Assembly: GCF_006345805.1 (NCBI RefSeq)
Contig: NW_021834785.1
Coordinates: 1 to 64,000 of the forward strand
DNA: 64,000 nt
From: Octopus sinensis
Lineage: Eukaryota
Direction of reading: 5' to 3'
Part shown: positions 63,863 through 64,000 of the stretch, in pieces
Position numbering within the stretch: position 1 is the stretch's first letter
How the letters are laid out: each line of letters starts with the position of its first letter
Program-made: the position numbers and the translations under genes
Notes under the pieces: generated by a model
What the model was told of the DNA's origin: nothing
Databases searched by the model: none
What the model saw: the letters and a program-made list of their open reading frames with translations, nothing else

Positions 63863-64000
63863 ATAAATATTAGGGAATGAATCCAAAATTACAGGGAAAA
63901 ATCAGATTTAGGGTTAGATCCAATTTTATAGTAAAATATTATATAATATAATTCGAGACAAAACCACTATTTTAAAACCAAACAAGGAAAGACTTAATCA
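63860..64000. mobile_element. PLE family B terminal repeat, runs off the window
   Basis: aataaatattagggaat..ccaaaattacagggaaaaatcagatttagg..cgagacaaaaccactatt..aaggaaagacttaatca matches 23488-23545 and the reverse complement of 24985-25125. Confidence 0.75.

Overview
AT-rich eukaryotic genomic DNA, very dense in microsatellites and almost entirely non-coding. The repeat families look like those of a coleoid cephalopod, probably Octopus (inference from recalled repeat families, not a database result). No host protein-coding gene can be called with confidence, and nearly all ORFs in the supplied track are translations of simple repeats. What can be supported: six fragments of R4/Dong-like non-LTR retrotransposons (RT C-terminus, CCHC finger, restriction-like endonuclease); five copies of a ~560-bp non-coding retroposon-like element with a fixed 3' end against (AAT)n; three families of Penelope-like (PLE) terminal repeats with minimal hammerhead folds, including a 1.6-kb fold-back structure; many tRNA-headed SINEs with Nin-, CORE- or V-like modules; a CR1 RT relic; Tc1, mariner and hAT remnants; and Helentron-like non-autonomous elements. 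The most interesting signal is a microsatellite-associated retroelement community. Co-oriented R4/Dong fragments and the 560-bp element are stacked inside (AAT)n tracts at 9.9-13.3 kb and 39.8-40.7 kb, the three (AAT)n-associated R4 families share a 3' UTR stem-loop, and a separate R4 lineage is flanked by (CATA)n. One weak candidate first coding exon lies on the minus strand at 38212-38388.
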